A stretch of DNA of 64,000 nucleotides from positions 3,651-67,650 of the forward strand of contig JAIXSO010000007.1 in the NCBI GenBank assembly GCA_027484685.1. The letters run 5' to 3'. This DNA is from Bacteroidota bacterium (lineage in GTDB: Bacteria; Bacteroidota; Bacteroidia; UKL13-3). The translations under genes were made by a program, and so were the position numbers. This document shows positions 19,130 through 29,062 of this stretch, in pieces. Each line of letters opens with the position of its first letter. The first letter of the stretch is position 1. The notes below the pieces were generated by a model. The model searched no databases and was not told the origin of the DNA. It saw only the letters and a program-made list of their open reading frames with translations.

Positions 19130-20194
19130 TTATTTTCTAATCAAATACAATTCAGTTCTTCTACTTAAATTACTTTTAGGTTTATCTTGTATTATTTCTC
19201 CTAAACCACTAAAACTAAGTTTTTCAGATGTAACACCTTTGCTTATTAAATAATCGGCTACTTTTTTAGCACGTTCAAACGACAAGTTTTTGTTATAACT
19301 CTCGTTACCAGACGAATCAGCATATGACACGATTTTCAACATTGCATTAGGAGAATTAACAATAATTGAGGCTAAACTATCTAAATACATTTTTGATGTA
19401 TCGTTTAAATTACTTTCGTTGGCATTGTAATAAATACTTCTTAAATAAGTAGGCTCACTTATTGAAAGTTTGGAATCATTATCAATATTATTATATGAAC
19501 GATTTTTATTTTCAATTTTTACATCATCTATAAACACATAAAAGCCTCTATTATTTTTTACTTTCCTATTATAAAGTTCATTTTTAGTTAACTTAAATTC
19601 TTCCACTATTTGACCAATCACCACATATTTTTCATTACCAATGGCAATATATTCACCTCTAAATTTTAACCAACCATTCTTAGCTTCTTCCGTTGTTTTT
19701 AATACCGAGTAGTTAGAACAATTAACGTTTATTTCTGGAATACTATCTGTAAACGAAACGGTTAATTCACTCAATCTACTTTTTGATTCCTGTGAGAACT
19801 TAGCAAATAAAGTTATTTCTAAAGTATCGCCTCTTTGAACTATACTATTTAATTTGTTTAAAAGAAACTCTCTACTTCTGACATCTTTGGTATTCCAAAT
19901 AAATATACCAGCAAAACATTCTCCCGAATATGCAGTAGTTTCAGCATTTATAAAATTGTTTAATCCATCAAAGTTGCCATACCAGAAATAGTTAGCTGTG
20001 TTCATTTCCATCCAACTTTTTGAATTAAACAAAGGATGTAATTCTTTTATATTAGCAAATGGATTAAAATCTCCAATTGTATCTTCAAAACTATAGTTAT
20101 CAATAAGATTTTGAGAGAAACTAGGCTGAAGTAAAGCCGTAAGACATACTACTAAACACAAAAATTTAATGCGCATCAATCGAAAGTAATTCAA
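19130..20194 (-). CDS. OmpA-domain protein
   Basis: C-terminal ADSSG..YNKNLSFERAKKVADYL..G, RRTE; signal peptide. Confidence 0.85.
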   Translation of the reverse strand: MNYFRLMRIKFLCLVVCLTALLQPSFSQNLIDNYSFEDTIGDFNPFANIKELHPLFNSKSWMEMNTANYFWYGNFDGLNNFINAETTAYSGECFAGIFIWNTKDVRSREFLLNKLNSIVQRGDTLEITLFAKFSQESKSRLSELTVSFTDSIPEINVNCSNYSVLKTTEEAKNGWLKFRGEYIAIGNEKYVVIGQIVEEFKLTKNELYNRKVKNNRGFYVFIDDVKIENKNRSYNNIDNDSKLSISEPTYLRSIYYNANESNLNDTSKMYLDSLASIIVNSPNAMLKIVSYADSSGNESYNKNLSFERAKKVADYLISKGVTSEKLSFSGLGEIIQDKPKSNLSRRTELYLIRK

Positions 20195-20278
20195 AATACA
20201 TGAATTTGAAAATAATTTTCTGAATTAACAGTAAAAATGGTTTGGATTAATTTTAAAACTAACGAGCAATTTCAAAAT

Positions 20279-21523
20279 TCAGTTTTTTATAAATTTACTA
20301 TAATAATTTCCTTTTTCAGTGGTAAGGTTAATAATATAAACACCTATTGGTAGTTTTGAAATATCTACACTGTTAGAAGCGTTTTTCATTTCTTCGTGTT
20401 GCACTACTTGCCCTTGCAAATTGGTAATTGAATAACTAAAATCTTCTGAAATATTAAGGTTTAAAGTATTAATAGCTGGGTTTGGGAAAACACTAATTGG
20501 AGCTACGTAATTTTGTTTTTTTATTCCATTTACTAAATCAGTAAAGTAAAATATATTGGTACTTACATCTGCATTTCTACCAATAGTTACTATTCCAGTT
20601 TCGGCATCATAAAAATCCATTGAGAATAATACATTATCATCCAAATTTTTGTACCAAGTTTTTCCATCATCTTTACTGTAAATAGTTCCACCTTCTTTTA
20701 GAGCCAAAATATAAAAACCTGCTTTGGATTTAGTGCCCTTGGCGTATTCAATAAAACCATTAATACTGTCTTTTACATTTGTAAGCTTTGTAAACGACTG
20801 ACAACCATCATTGGTAATATACAGACTTTTATCGATGGTAAGTATAATTCCATTGTTTTCATCTTTAAAAGCCATATCAATTATTGGGCTATTAACTCCT
20901 TTTGTGCTTAAATTATTCTCTATAATACTATCACCGTAATTATAGTATTGATATATAATTCTATCAATTCCACTACGAATTGTATATAAGCTTTTCTCAA
21001 ATTTGCATTTTACCTTAGATGATGACAAATTAGTTGATCGGTCTGTAAAATTATATTTATTTGAATCTTGCTCTTCCCAAGTATCTCCCCAATTTTCAGT
21101 TAAATAAATTTTAGGTTTTAAATTAGAATAACTAGTAATAAATCCATTTCCATTATTAAAAATATAGTTGCAGCCTGTTGCGATGACTTTTTCTATAGTA
21201 TCACCTTGAAGGTTCAGATATGGTTTTTCGTATTTGGTTAATCCATTATCCTTACTTATTCTGATAAAATATACTCCAAAAGTAAATAAGGTAGAATCAT
21301 TTAAAATTTGTGTATACGATGAAAATTCATTTCGAGTAAATGATTTACCACCGTCTTTACTAAAGTGACCAAGATTTGAAAAATCCGTAATCAGTATACT
21401 TTTATTATAAAATTCAATATTTGATATCCCTACAACCCTATTTGGATTAACAGAAATACTGAATTGAGCGTTTGAATTATTTAAAATAAAAAACAATAAA
21501 CTAAGTAGTATAAATTTTTTCAT
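20279..21523 (-). CDS. T9SS type A-sorted protein with BNR/Asp-box repeats
   Basis: SKDGGKSF, TENWGDTW, TNDGCQSF, SKDDGKTW; C-terminal VFPNPA...LPIGVYII...KFIK. Confidence 0.85.
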   Translation of the reverse strand: MKKFILLSLLFFILNNSNAQFSISVNPNRVVGISNIEFYNKSILITDFSNLGHFSKDGGKSFTRNEFSSYTQILNDSTLFTFGVYFIRISKDNGLTKYEKPYLNLQGDTIEKVIATGCNYIFNNGNGFITSYSNLKPKIYLTENWGDTWEEQDSNKYNFTDRSTNLSSSKVKCKFEKSLYTIRSGIDRIIYQYYNYGDSIIENNLSTKGVNSPIIDMAFKDENNGIILTIDKSLYITNDGCQSFTKLTNVKDSINGFIEYAKGTKSKAGFYILALKEGGTIYSKDDGKTWYKNLDDNVLFSMDFYDAETGIVTIGRNADVSTNIFYFTDLVNGIKKQNYVAPISVFPNPAINTLNLNISEDFSYSITNLQGQVVQHEEMKNASNSVDISKLPIGVYIINLTTEKGNYYSKFIKN

Positions 21524-21610
21524 AAATTCAGTTTTTACAATAAGTAACTTAAATAAACAAAAAGGTTGTATTGTATCAATTTCAATTGATATAAGATTAA
21601 CCTTAAAAAT

Positions 21611-22471
21611 TTACCCTTTCCTAGCCAAAACCATTCTGTCGTTTTGGTTAATATCTTGTAACAGTTTTATATCCAAAAATCCTTTTTCTTGTAGCATTGC
21701 TGTGGTTTGGTTGCCAAACTGTTGGTTAATTTCAAAAAATAAATAGCCATTGGGTTTTAAATACTTGATAGCATAATTTGCTATGGCTTCGTAAAATAAA
21801 AGTGGTTTATTATTGGCTACAAATAGCGCTTGGTGAGGTTCAAAAGCAAGCACATTTTCATGCATGTTTTCTTGCTCGTTTTCTAAAATATAGGGTGGAT
21901 TGCTTACCATTATATCAAAAACTTGTGCTGTTTCAGCTTGGTTGATGTTTAAAATATCATCTTCAATAAACTGAATTTTAGCATTTAACTCTTTGGCGTT
22001 TTGCTTGGCAATGGCTAATGCAGTTCCACTTTTATCAAGTGCCCAAACGTGAGCATGAGGTAAATTTAATTTTAACGAAATAGCTATGCAACCTGAACCT
22101 GTTCCAATATCTATAATTTTAGGATTTGAGCTAGTTAATCCCTTATCATTAGCAACGGTATTTAAAATCAAATCTACCAATTCTTCGGTTTCGCTGCGCG
22201 GTATTAAAGTATCAGGGGTAACTATAAACTTATTGCCATAAAACCATGCATTTCCTAAAATGTATTGCATAGGTTCGTGCTTGAGCAATCGGTTTAAAAT
22301 ATCCATTAAGTTAGCCTCTTCCCCATCAGATAAAGACTTATTCAGCATTTTTATTTGATGTGGTTTTACCATCAACACCTCCTCAAAAACCTGATTGGTT
22401 ATGGCTTGTGCTTCATCTAAAGCATAAATGGTTTGAAGTTTTTCAAGGTAAAATTGGTAAGCAGTGTTCAC
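21611..22471 (-). CDS. prmC: Release factor N5-glutamine methyltransferase
   Basis: EPMQYILG, LIPRSETEELV, DIGTGSGCIA, SNPPY. Confidence 0.95.
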   Translation of the reverse strand: MNTAYQFYLEKLQTIYALDEAQAITNQVFEEVLMVKPHQIKMLNKSLSDGEEANLMDILNRLLKHEPMQYILGNAWFYGNKFIVTPDTLIPRSETEELVDLILNTVANDKGLTSSNPKIIDIGTGSGCIAISLKLNLPHAHVWALDKSGTALAIAKQNAKELNAKIQFIEDDILNINQAETAQVFDIMVSNPPYILENEQENMHENVLAFEPHQALFVANNKPLLFYEAIANYAIKYLKPNGYLFFEINQQFGNQTTAMLQEKGFLDIKLLQDINQNDRMVLARKG

Positions 22472-22475
22472 AATT

Positions 22476-22535
22476 ATTGATTTGGAGATTTAGGGATTGG
22501 TTGATTGAGAGATTGGTTGATTTGGAGATTGGTTG
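22476..22535. repeat. 8-bp GATT(G/T)nnn tract
   Basis: gatttgga gatttagg gattggtt gattgaga gattggtt gatttgga gattggtt. Confidence 0.8.
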
Positions 22536-22586
22536 TCACGCAGTGCGTGAATTTATTGATTACGTGATAAACATAATTCTTAATAG

Positions 22587-22762
22587 CAGTTTACAGTGTC
22601 AGTTTACAGTGTCAGTTTTATTCAAATTTTAAAGATATTTTCTAAAGTTTTTTTATGGTTGGTACTACCATAAGTAACACTAAATAGGGATATTTAATTA
22701 CGATTTAAGTTATAATGTCAATTCAAAATTATTAGTTTACAGTGTCAATTTACAATGTCAGT
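22587..22762. repeat. 13-bp CAGTTTACAGTGT repeats
   Basis: cagtttacagtgtcagtttacagtgtcagtt (22587-22617), agtttacagtgtcaatttacaatgtcagtt (22734-22763); related ctgtttacagtttcagtt at 24065-24082. Confidence 0.8.
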
Positions 22763-24052
22763 TCATTCTTGTAGAACCTCCCAATAACCAACTTTGTCTG
22801 CACCATTCCTTAAAAGTTTATTTTCTTCCTTCAATTTTTTAATATGCCTTTGAACGGTACTTTTAGAGGTGTCTAAACGCATGCATAATTCATCAACTGT
22901 AATATTTTTATTTTCTTTAATTAAAGTCAAAATTTCCCCTTTAATATTTTTATTACTAAAATCAAACTCCACAACAAAACCCGATAAATCATATTTAAAA
23001 ACTGGTAAACTAGTTTTAGCTAACCTGCATTCATTTAATATTTTTATGGTACCACGTCCCCAAGCTTCAATTAAACCAGCTCTAAAAAATCCATTAGCCA
23101 AATCAGGATTAAAGGGTTTCGAAGGGTGTTTCGTTTTAAGTCGGTCTACAGTCCAATTATCAGGAAGTTCACCTTCATTCCAAATAATTAACTTATTGCT
23201 GTAAACACTAATTTGAATTGGATTACCATTTGCATAATTTTTATGGACCACCGCATTTAAAAGTGCCTCTCGTAATGCTGGTTCAGGAATTGGGTATAAC
23301 TCTATTCTATTAATACCTTTATACAAAATATTTGCTTTCAAATATTTTGTCAAAAGTAAATCCATTGTTTTTTCTACTTGTTCAAATAGGTTTCCATGAA
23401 CTTCATCTTGAAAAACTAAATCATCATCTGAAATGAAGAAGCCAATTTTTATATATGCACCAGTAATATATTTTTCAGGATCACCATGAAAAAGTAAAAT
23501 AGTTGCTCTTTTGTAATAGCCTATATCAGTAGTTAAGTGTAGTTTTTCAAGTAAAACTGCATGACTAACTTTTAATAATTCACTAGAAATTCGTTTACTA
23601 TCGACTGATTTTTCTTTAAAATAGTCAAATGCATTTTTAGATAATTCACTTATTTTAAGATTTGGTTGAGGTACTGTATCCCAATGTTTACCTTGTTTTT
23701 GCAAAATAAATTTATCTAAAGCTGCGCCCTTAAGCTCTTGTTTTGTGCTTCCTGACCTAAAATGGTATTGCCCTTTATAACTTACCGGATAAGGATATGA
23801 TTCGACTATTATTTCTAAATAATTTTTTTTTGATTTAGTTTTCAAATTTACATCGACCAAAATTCCTAATAAATCTTTAGTCTTATTTGGAATTTCTTCT
23901 AATAATTTTTTTGCATCATTAATCCCAGAAATATTTCCTTTATCATCAATTCCAATATATATCTTACCTCCAAAAGCATTAGCAAATCCACAAATCCATT
24001 TTATGTATTCGTCTCTCCAAGTTTCTTTATATTCAATATTTTGATTCTCCAT
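22763..24052 (-). CDS. Schlafen/AlbA_2 + HATPase_c_4-like + C-terminal HTH protein
   Basis: ENQNIEYKE, ICGFANAFGGKIYIGIDD, LREALLNAVVHKNY, NP.LA..F...GLIEAWGRG, C-terminal HTH ending VGYWEV. Confidence 0.88.
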   Translation of the reverse strand: MENQNIEYKETWRDEYIKWICGFANAFGGKIYIGIDDKGNISGINDAKKLLEEIPNKTKDLLGILVDVNLKTKSKKNYLEIIVESYPYPVSYKGQYHFRSGSTKQELKGAALDKFILQKQGKHWDTVPQPNLKISELSKNAFDYFKEKSVDSKRISSELLKVSHAVLLEKLHLTTDIGYYKRATILLFHGDPEKYITGAYIKIGFFISDDDLVFQDEVHGNLFEQVEKTMDLLLTKYLKANILYKGINRIELYPIPEPALREALLNAVVHKNYANGNPIQISVYSNKLIIWNEGELPDNWTVDRLKTKHPSKPFNPDLANGFFRAGLIEAWGRGTIKILNECRLAKTSLPVFKYDLSGFVVEFDFSNKNIKGEILTLIKENKNITVDELCMRLDTSKSTVQRHIKKLKEENKLLRNGADKVGYWEVLQE

Positions 24053-24127
24053 AAAGTTTAAAAGCTGTTTACAGTTTCAGTTATAATTCATTTCAGTGTA
24101 ATCTGTGAAATCTGTGGCTTACTTCAC

Positions 24128-24649
24128 TTAAAAATTTCTTCCTAAACTAACGCCAAACCAGTTAATTACTTTATCATCGCGGTAGTGAGGAGTATAAACT
24201 ATGCGCAGTAAAGTTCCATTATTATCAACTACTCTAAAACCTAAAGCAGCCGTTGGAAAAACCTCACGCTCTAAAAAATTTTTTGTGGCCAAAGTATAAC
24301 CTGCTCCAATTTCTAACTTTTCTTTGCGTTTACCCAATACCAAACTGGTAGTAAACGGCATGGCTACTGAGTTTTTTTCTAAATAAACACTATTCAATAA
24401 TCGGTAATCGAGCGGACAAAAACCAAAGCCAACGCGCCCTGTCCAAGTTAACGATTTGGTTTGATTTTGGAATAAATATTTTTCGTAATTGGCACTCCAA
24501 AGTAATGCTGCGCCACCTAACTCCACAAACCAATTATTGGTTCCTTTAGGTTCCACGTAAGGCTCTACAAAATCGTCATTGTATTGAGCTTGTAAATTAT
24601 TTATGCTAATGATAAATAATAAAAAAATTGTGAATTTTAAACGTAACAT
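24128..24649 (-). CDS. Exported hypothetical protein, likely small outer-membrane beta-barrel
   Basis: Signal peptide, ELGG..LLWSANYE, ends WFGVSLGRNF. Confidence 0.75.
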   Translation of the reverse strand: MLRLKFTIFLLFIISINNLQAQYNDDFVEPYVEPKGTNNWFVELGGAALLWSANYEKYLFQNQTKSLTWTGRVGFGFCPLDYRLLNSVYLEKNSVAMPFTTSLVLGKRKEKLEIGAGYTLATKNFLEREVFPTAALGFRVVDNNGTLLRIVYTPHYRDDKVINWFGVSLGRNF

Positions 24650-24663
24650 TTGTGCAAGTATAA

Positions 24664-25494
24664 ATGAAGTTAAGCAGGCTAAAAAAAATAATTTACTTTT
24701 TACATTGGGGTAGTTTCGATATTTGCCTTGGCGTAATCAGTGTAATGCTGCCTCTATACTTTCAAATTTTGGTAAAACCAACCTTGGCTTGGTTCTTTAT
24801 TTTACCCAGTTCTGTTTGGCTTATTTATTTCCTTGATCATTTATTAGATTCAATGAAATTGAGCAATGCGATTAGTGAACGACATGTTTTTATTCAAAAA
24901 CATCAATTTGTTTTCAAAATAATCGCAATACTCATTATGATAATAAATGCAGTGTTGGTTTTAAAATACTTTAGCTTTTATCATTTAACTAAAAGCCTAT
25001 GGATATTGTTGGTTTGCATTATTTATTTTCTGCTCAATTATTTTAAAATAAAATGGTTCATTAAAGAATTTTTTGCAGCCTTAATATACGCTGGTGGTAT
25101 TAGTTTTTATCCGTATATTGTTAATGAAAGCAAATTTTTTTCTCAAATTTTCATCATTGCATTTTGCATGCAATTATTTGTGTTAGCATTCATTAATTTA
25201 CTTCAAATATCTATTCGTGAAACCAATACTGACAAGGATTTACAGTTAAAAAACATTTCGAATGTTATTGGACAAAATCTTTCTAATTTATTGCTAATTT
25301 CACTCTATTTTTTAGCAGGATACATGCTTTTTAAATTCCAGTTTTCAGCATCAATAGCCACTGGATTTATTAGTTGCTTTGCCATTCACTTAATTCATTT
25401 TACCAAACTCACCAATCAAACTTATAGATTGATAACGGAATACAGTTTTATGCTAATTGGGCTGATTTATTTATTAGGTAAAATTATTTTTTAA
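24664..25494 (+). CDS. UbiA-like prenyltransferase-fold membrane protein
   Basis: WLIYFLDHLLD, IKEFFAALIY, RE...D motifs; multiple TM helices. Confidence 0.6.
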   Translation: MKLSRLKKIIYFLHWGSFDICLGVISVMLPLYFQILVKPTLAWFFILPSSVWLIYFLDHLLDSMKLSNAISERHVFIQKHQFVFKIIAILIMIINAVLVLKYFSFYHLTKSLWILLVCIIYFLLNYFKIKWFIKEFFAALIYAGGISFYPYIVNESKFFSQIFIIAFCMQLFVLAFINLLQISIRETNTDKDLQLKNISNVIGQNLSNLLLISLYFLAGYMLFKFQFSASIATGFISCFAIHLIHFTKLTNQTYRLITEYSFMLIGLIYLLGKIIF

Positions 25495-25596
25495 ATTAAA
25501 AATGAAAATGAACCACATAGAACATAGAAAAATAGATTTTCTTAAGTATTGCCGGGTATAACACAACTTATTGGTTGGTAAATTATTTATTCCCGT

Positions 25597-26229
25597 TTAA
25601 AACCTCACTCCAAAAACAAAAGTATTTATTGGATTAAACAATTCAACATAATTAGGATTTAAACTGCCATCAAAAATTTGTCTATGATAGCCAATACAAG
25701 TTTCGGCACTTAAATAAATATGATTAGTAGGGTAATATTTTACTCCAAAACCTAAAGCATAATTTAAGTAATGATTGGTTAAATCAAAATTGTTAGAAGC
25801 GGGCGATTGGTTATTTATTATTGCATTTACACCTTTATTGTTAAAATATCTGTAGCCAATATCAACAAAAGCAAATGGTTTCATCTTTTTGCTGCCAAAA
25901 ACTCTTTCAATTCCAATTTTATAATCTTGCGTTTTAATTATTCCAGACGAATAAAAAGTGCCACCAGCCACTATCCAATCTGCATAACTTTCGCTGTACG
26001 ATTCGTTTTTGTTGTTAAATAAAAAACGTAATAAATAGGTATTATTTAAGTTTCGTTTGTATTGCAGTCCAGTTAGAGTAAAGTGCTTTAAAGCAGATTT
26101 ATTTGCAACTGTACCAAACTCATATTCATTATTATATAAATTCAATCCAAACTCGTTTTTAGGCAAATTATTTTGAGCAAAAATATTTGACACAAACAAA
26201 AGCGCTGCTATTAAATAAATTGATTTCAT
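25597..26229 (-). CDS. Outer-membrane beta-barrel protein
   Basis: Signal peptide, amphipathic strands, terminal FGVRF. Confidence 0.7.
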   Translation of the reverse strand: MKSIYLIAALLFVSNIFAQNNLPKNEFGLNLYNNEYEFGTVANKSALKHFTLTGLQYKRNLNNTYLLRFLFNNKNESYSESYADWIVAGGTFYSSGIIKTQDYKIGIERVFGSKKMKPFAFVDIGYRYFNNKGVNAIINNQSPASNNFDLTNHYLNYALGFGVKYYPTNHIYLSAETCIGYHRQIFDGSLNPNYVELFNPINTFVFGVRF

Positions 26230-26280
26230 AGTGATTACAAATTATAAATCGAATTTAAAAATAATTTACCTAATTAAAAC

Positions 26281-26730
26281 CTAATTTATTTGCTCAATGG
26301 CAAATTGTTTTTTGTTTAACTCAAAAACATCTCTTGCTTTTTTACCTAACATCAATTGCGCTAAGGGCGCCTTTGGCGATAAAACTGTTACTTGCATTCC
26401 ATTAAAATCAATAACGCCAAGGCCAACTGCTATATAAAAAACTTTTTCATTAGCCATTACCACACTTCCCTGCACTATGGTTTTATCGGTTTTGGTATTT
26501 TCTAGTTTAAGTAAATTGTTTAATTCTTGCTTGTTTTCAAAAACCTGTTTAGCACTCATATCCCTAGCCAATTGACTCATGGCTCTACCTGTTTCGTACT
26601 TATCACCCATACTACTTTTCTCTTCTGAGTTAGCAGCTTCTTGTGCATCTAACATGGCCTTTTCGCCATCGGCTATGCGCTGTAAAAGCATGTTTTTACA
26701 TGCCTCAAATAATGTTTTTTTATCTATCAA
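26281..26730 (-). CDS. GreA/GreB-like protein
   Basis: N-terminal coiled coil, KSSMGDKYETGRAM, C-terminal SPKAPLAQLMLGKK..D; TTG start. Confidence 0.7.
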   Translation of the reverse strand: MIDKKTLFEACKNMLLQRIADGEKAMLDAQEAANSEEKSSMGDKYETGRAMSQLARDMSAKQVFENKQELNNLLKLENTKTDKTIVQGSVVMANEKVFYIAVGLGVIDFNGMQVTVLSPKAPLAQLMLGKKARDVFELNKKQFAIEQIN

Positions 26731-26807
26731 TTTTTATAAAATTAGGGGTTGTTATTTCAATTTATTTTTTATGATACCTTAAATAATCTATATTTAACTA
26801 TTCCATT

Positions 26808-26918
26808 AACGTTGTGGGTTGGACCGGCAAAAAAGCGGGCCAGCCTAGGCCATGTGCGTGGAAGCATTTTTTTGCCTTGATTTTTTGTTTCTTTTTCATC
26901 TAAGGAAAAAGAAAGAAG
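26808..26918. repeat. GC-rich structured intergenic element (candidate dispersed repeat or ncRNA)
   Basis: ggcaaaaaagc...gcatttttttgcc stem, then tttctttttc-atctaag-gaaaaagaaa hairpin. Confidence 0.5.
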
Positions 26919-27011
26919 AAAATTTGTAAACCTCTTTTATCAATCATCTCAATTTAGTACTTTTCGATTCAATATAAAATACTCTTCAATAAAAACTAAA
27001 TTTTATGAAAT

Positions 27012-27953
27012 TTACTTTTTTAACAAAAACAAAATTGGAATATGTAATCGCTTGCGCCAAGCTACTTCCGAATGATTTTCGCCTTCAAACTTTTGCGTTT
27101 TCCAATCATTATTGTTGAACGAATAACCTTTGTTCATCATAATGCTATCAACTTGTAATTGAAAAGGTTCATACATGGCATCCAACGTTTCTGTACCGTA
27201 ATCAAAATATATTTTATGGTTTTTAGCCATAGGTAATTTAGCTTTTAAATACGCTTGCATGGCTTTTGGAAAAGGATTATCAGCTTTAAAAATTCCAGGC
27301 CAATGGGTTGACAAACAAGCAACACCTCCAAACACATTTGGATATTCACAAAGCGCATAAATTGAAATTAAACCACCCATGCTTGAACCTGCAATGAAAG
27401 TTGCCATTGGAGTTTTATTGGTGCTAAAATTTTTATCAATAAATGGTTTTAACTCATTAACCAAAAACTTTAAATAATTATCTGATTGCACTTTACCACT
27501 AAATACCGAATTTCCATTTAGCCTATTTGCAGCATACATCGAATCTTGTTCAACTTTGGTTAAAGCTTCAAAAGGTTTTTGAGGAAAATAATCAATATGA
27601 CGGTTTTTACCACTGTTCCAAATGCCAACCACAATACAATCTTTAATTTTATTTTCTTTTATCAGTTGAGATATAGTTTCATCAACGCCCCACTCCTGCT
27701 TATTCCAAGTTTGGGTTGAATCAAAAAGCATTTGCCCATCGTGCATATAAAGCACAGCGTATTTTTGATTTTTATTGTAATTAGCAGGTAACCAAACATC
27801 CACGTTTCTTGCATCTACAAAAGCCGATTTAAAATTAGCATATCTAATAACTTTTCCATCTGATACTTTTGGCAAAATTTCTTGCTGTGCATTTACAGTT
27901 AAAGCTATTAACCAAAAAATTATCAATACTATTTTTTTCATATTTACTGGCAT
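27012..27953 (-). CDS. Exported alpha/beta-hydrolase (putative esterase family)
   Basis: VLYMHDGQ, AGSSMGG nucleophile elbow, DYG..TLD, HSE..W..R. Confidence 0.9.
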   Translation of the reverse strand: MPVNMKKIVLIIFWLIALTVNAQQEILPKVSDGKVIRYANFKSAFVDARNVDVWLPANYNKNQKYAVLYMHDGQMLFDSTQTWNKQEWGVDETISQLIKENKIKDCIVVGIWNSGKNRHIDYFPQKPFEALTKVEQDSMYAANRLNGNSVFSGKVQSDNYLKFLVNELKPFIDKNFSTNKTPMATFIAGSSMGGLISIYALCEYPNVFGGVACLSTHWPGIFKADNPFPKAMQAYLKAKLPMAKNHKIYFDYGTETLDAMYEPFQLQVDSIMMNKGYSFNNNDWKTQKFEGENHSEVAWRKRLHIPILFLLKK

Positions 27954-27961
27954 TTATTCAT

Positions 27962-27996
27962 AAAAAAGAGGCCGCCTTAAGTTAGGCAGCCTCTTT
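27962..27996 (-). terminator. Intrinsic terminator
   Basis: aaagaggccgcct / aggcagcctcttt stem plus T-tract. Confidence 0.7.
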
Positions 27997-28020
27997 AATA
28001 GGATGATTTTAAAAAATTAA

Positions 28021-28923
28021 TTATTTCAATATGTAGCTACTAGCGTGTACCAAGTTATTGTCAATGTACAATTCGATGGTGTAAGTTCCGCTTTCTAAAT
28101 TACGTTCTTCACCTTCATAAGCCAAACAAATATTTTGTTTTTCGTTTTGGTAATCAATTTTAATGTTTGAAGTACACTCCAAAGTTTCACCATTAACAGT
28201 TACATTTCCTTTATTAATGCCAGGCAATGGTTTGCCACTTGGCGAAAGTATGCGCAAATACACAAATCTATCACCTTTTGAAGCCACTTTATTATCCATT
28301 ACAGTTAAACAAGCTTCTACTTTATTGGTTCTTTTAGCCAAAGTAGTTTCTACTAATTTACCACTACTTTTCTTTTTAAATGCCGATACTTTTACGTATT
28401 CAACCTTTAAAACACTAGCAGTTTCAACTGTTTTTTCCAATTTATTTTTTTCTTGACTTAACCCTGTAACAGCCTCAGTCAATTCATTATTTTTAGCTTT
28501 TAATGCACCATTTTCAATCATCAATGCATCAATTTTTTCTAAATACTCATCGCGCAATGCTTTTAACTCAGCCAATTCTTCTTTTAGCTTTTTGCTCAAT
28601 TTAGTAGCATCTTTTTCGTTTTTAAGCAAATTTCTAATTTTTAGTTCTTGGCTATAAATTTTACCATTTGCATCGGTAAGCAAACTATCTAAATTACCAG
28701 CTATACCGCGGTATTTATCAAGTTCCATAGAAGTTGAAACAAGCTCGCGCTCCACCTCAATGCGCACATTGGTTAAACTATCAATTTCGTTTCCATGCGA
28801 AATAATAGTAGTGGTGTGGTTTTTATATTGGTAAACATTAAAACCAATAGAACCTAATAGTAGTAATAACAATAATATCAACCCATTACGGTTATTACTT
28901 TTTTCTTCTTGTTGCTTATCCAT
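28021..28923 (-). CDS. Membrane-anchored coiled-coil hypothetical protein
   Basis: N-terminal TM helix, long heptads, C-terminal beta domain (GTYTIELY). Confidence 0.8.
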   Translation of the reverse strand: MDKQQEEKSNNRNGLILLLLLLLGSIGFNVYQYKNHTTTIISHGNEIDSLTNVRIEVERELVSTSMELDKYRGIAGNLDSLLTDANGKIYSQELKIRNLLKNEKDATKLSKKLKEELAELKALRDEYLEKIDALMIENGALKAKNNELTEAVTGLSQEKNKLEKTVETASVLKVEYVKVSAFKKKSSGKLVETTLAKRTNKVEACLTVMDNKVASKGDRFVYLRILSPSGKPLPGINKGNVTVNGETLECTSNIKIDYQNEKQNICLAYEGEERNLESGTYTIELYIDNNLVHASSYILK

Positions 28924-29062
28924 AACTTTAATTTTTAGTACTTTAATTACTTTGCAATGTAATAATTGTTTTGATAATTCGCTGAATAAAATTTTAAGTT
29001 TTACGGTATAACTGCCTAAATTTTGAATAAAGCTAGTAAGTTTATATTATTGCAGATAGAAT

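Noticed and set aside
22360-22632. 90-aa plus-strand ORF
   Set aside because: Antisense to the prmC 5' end and made of 8- and 13-bp repeats.
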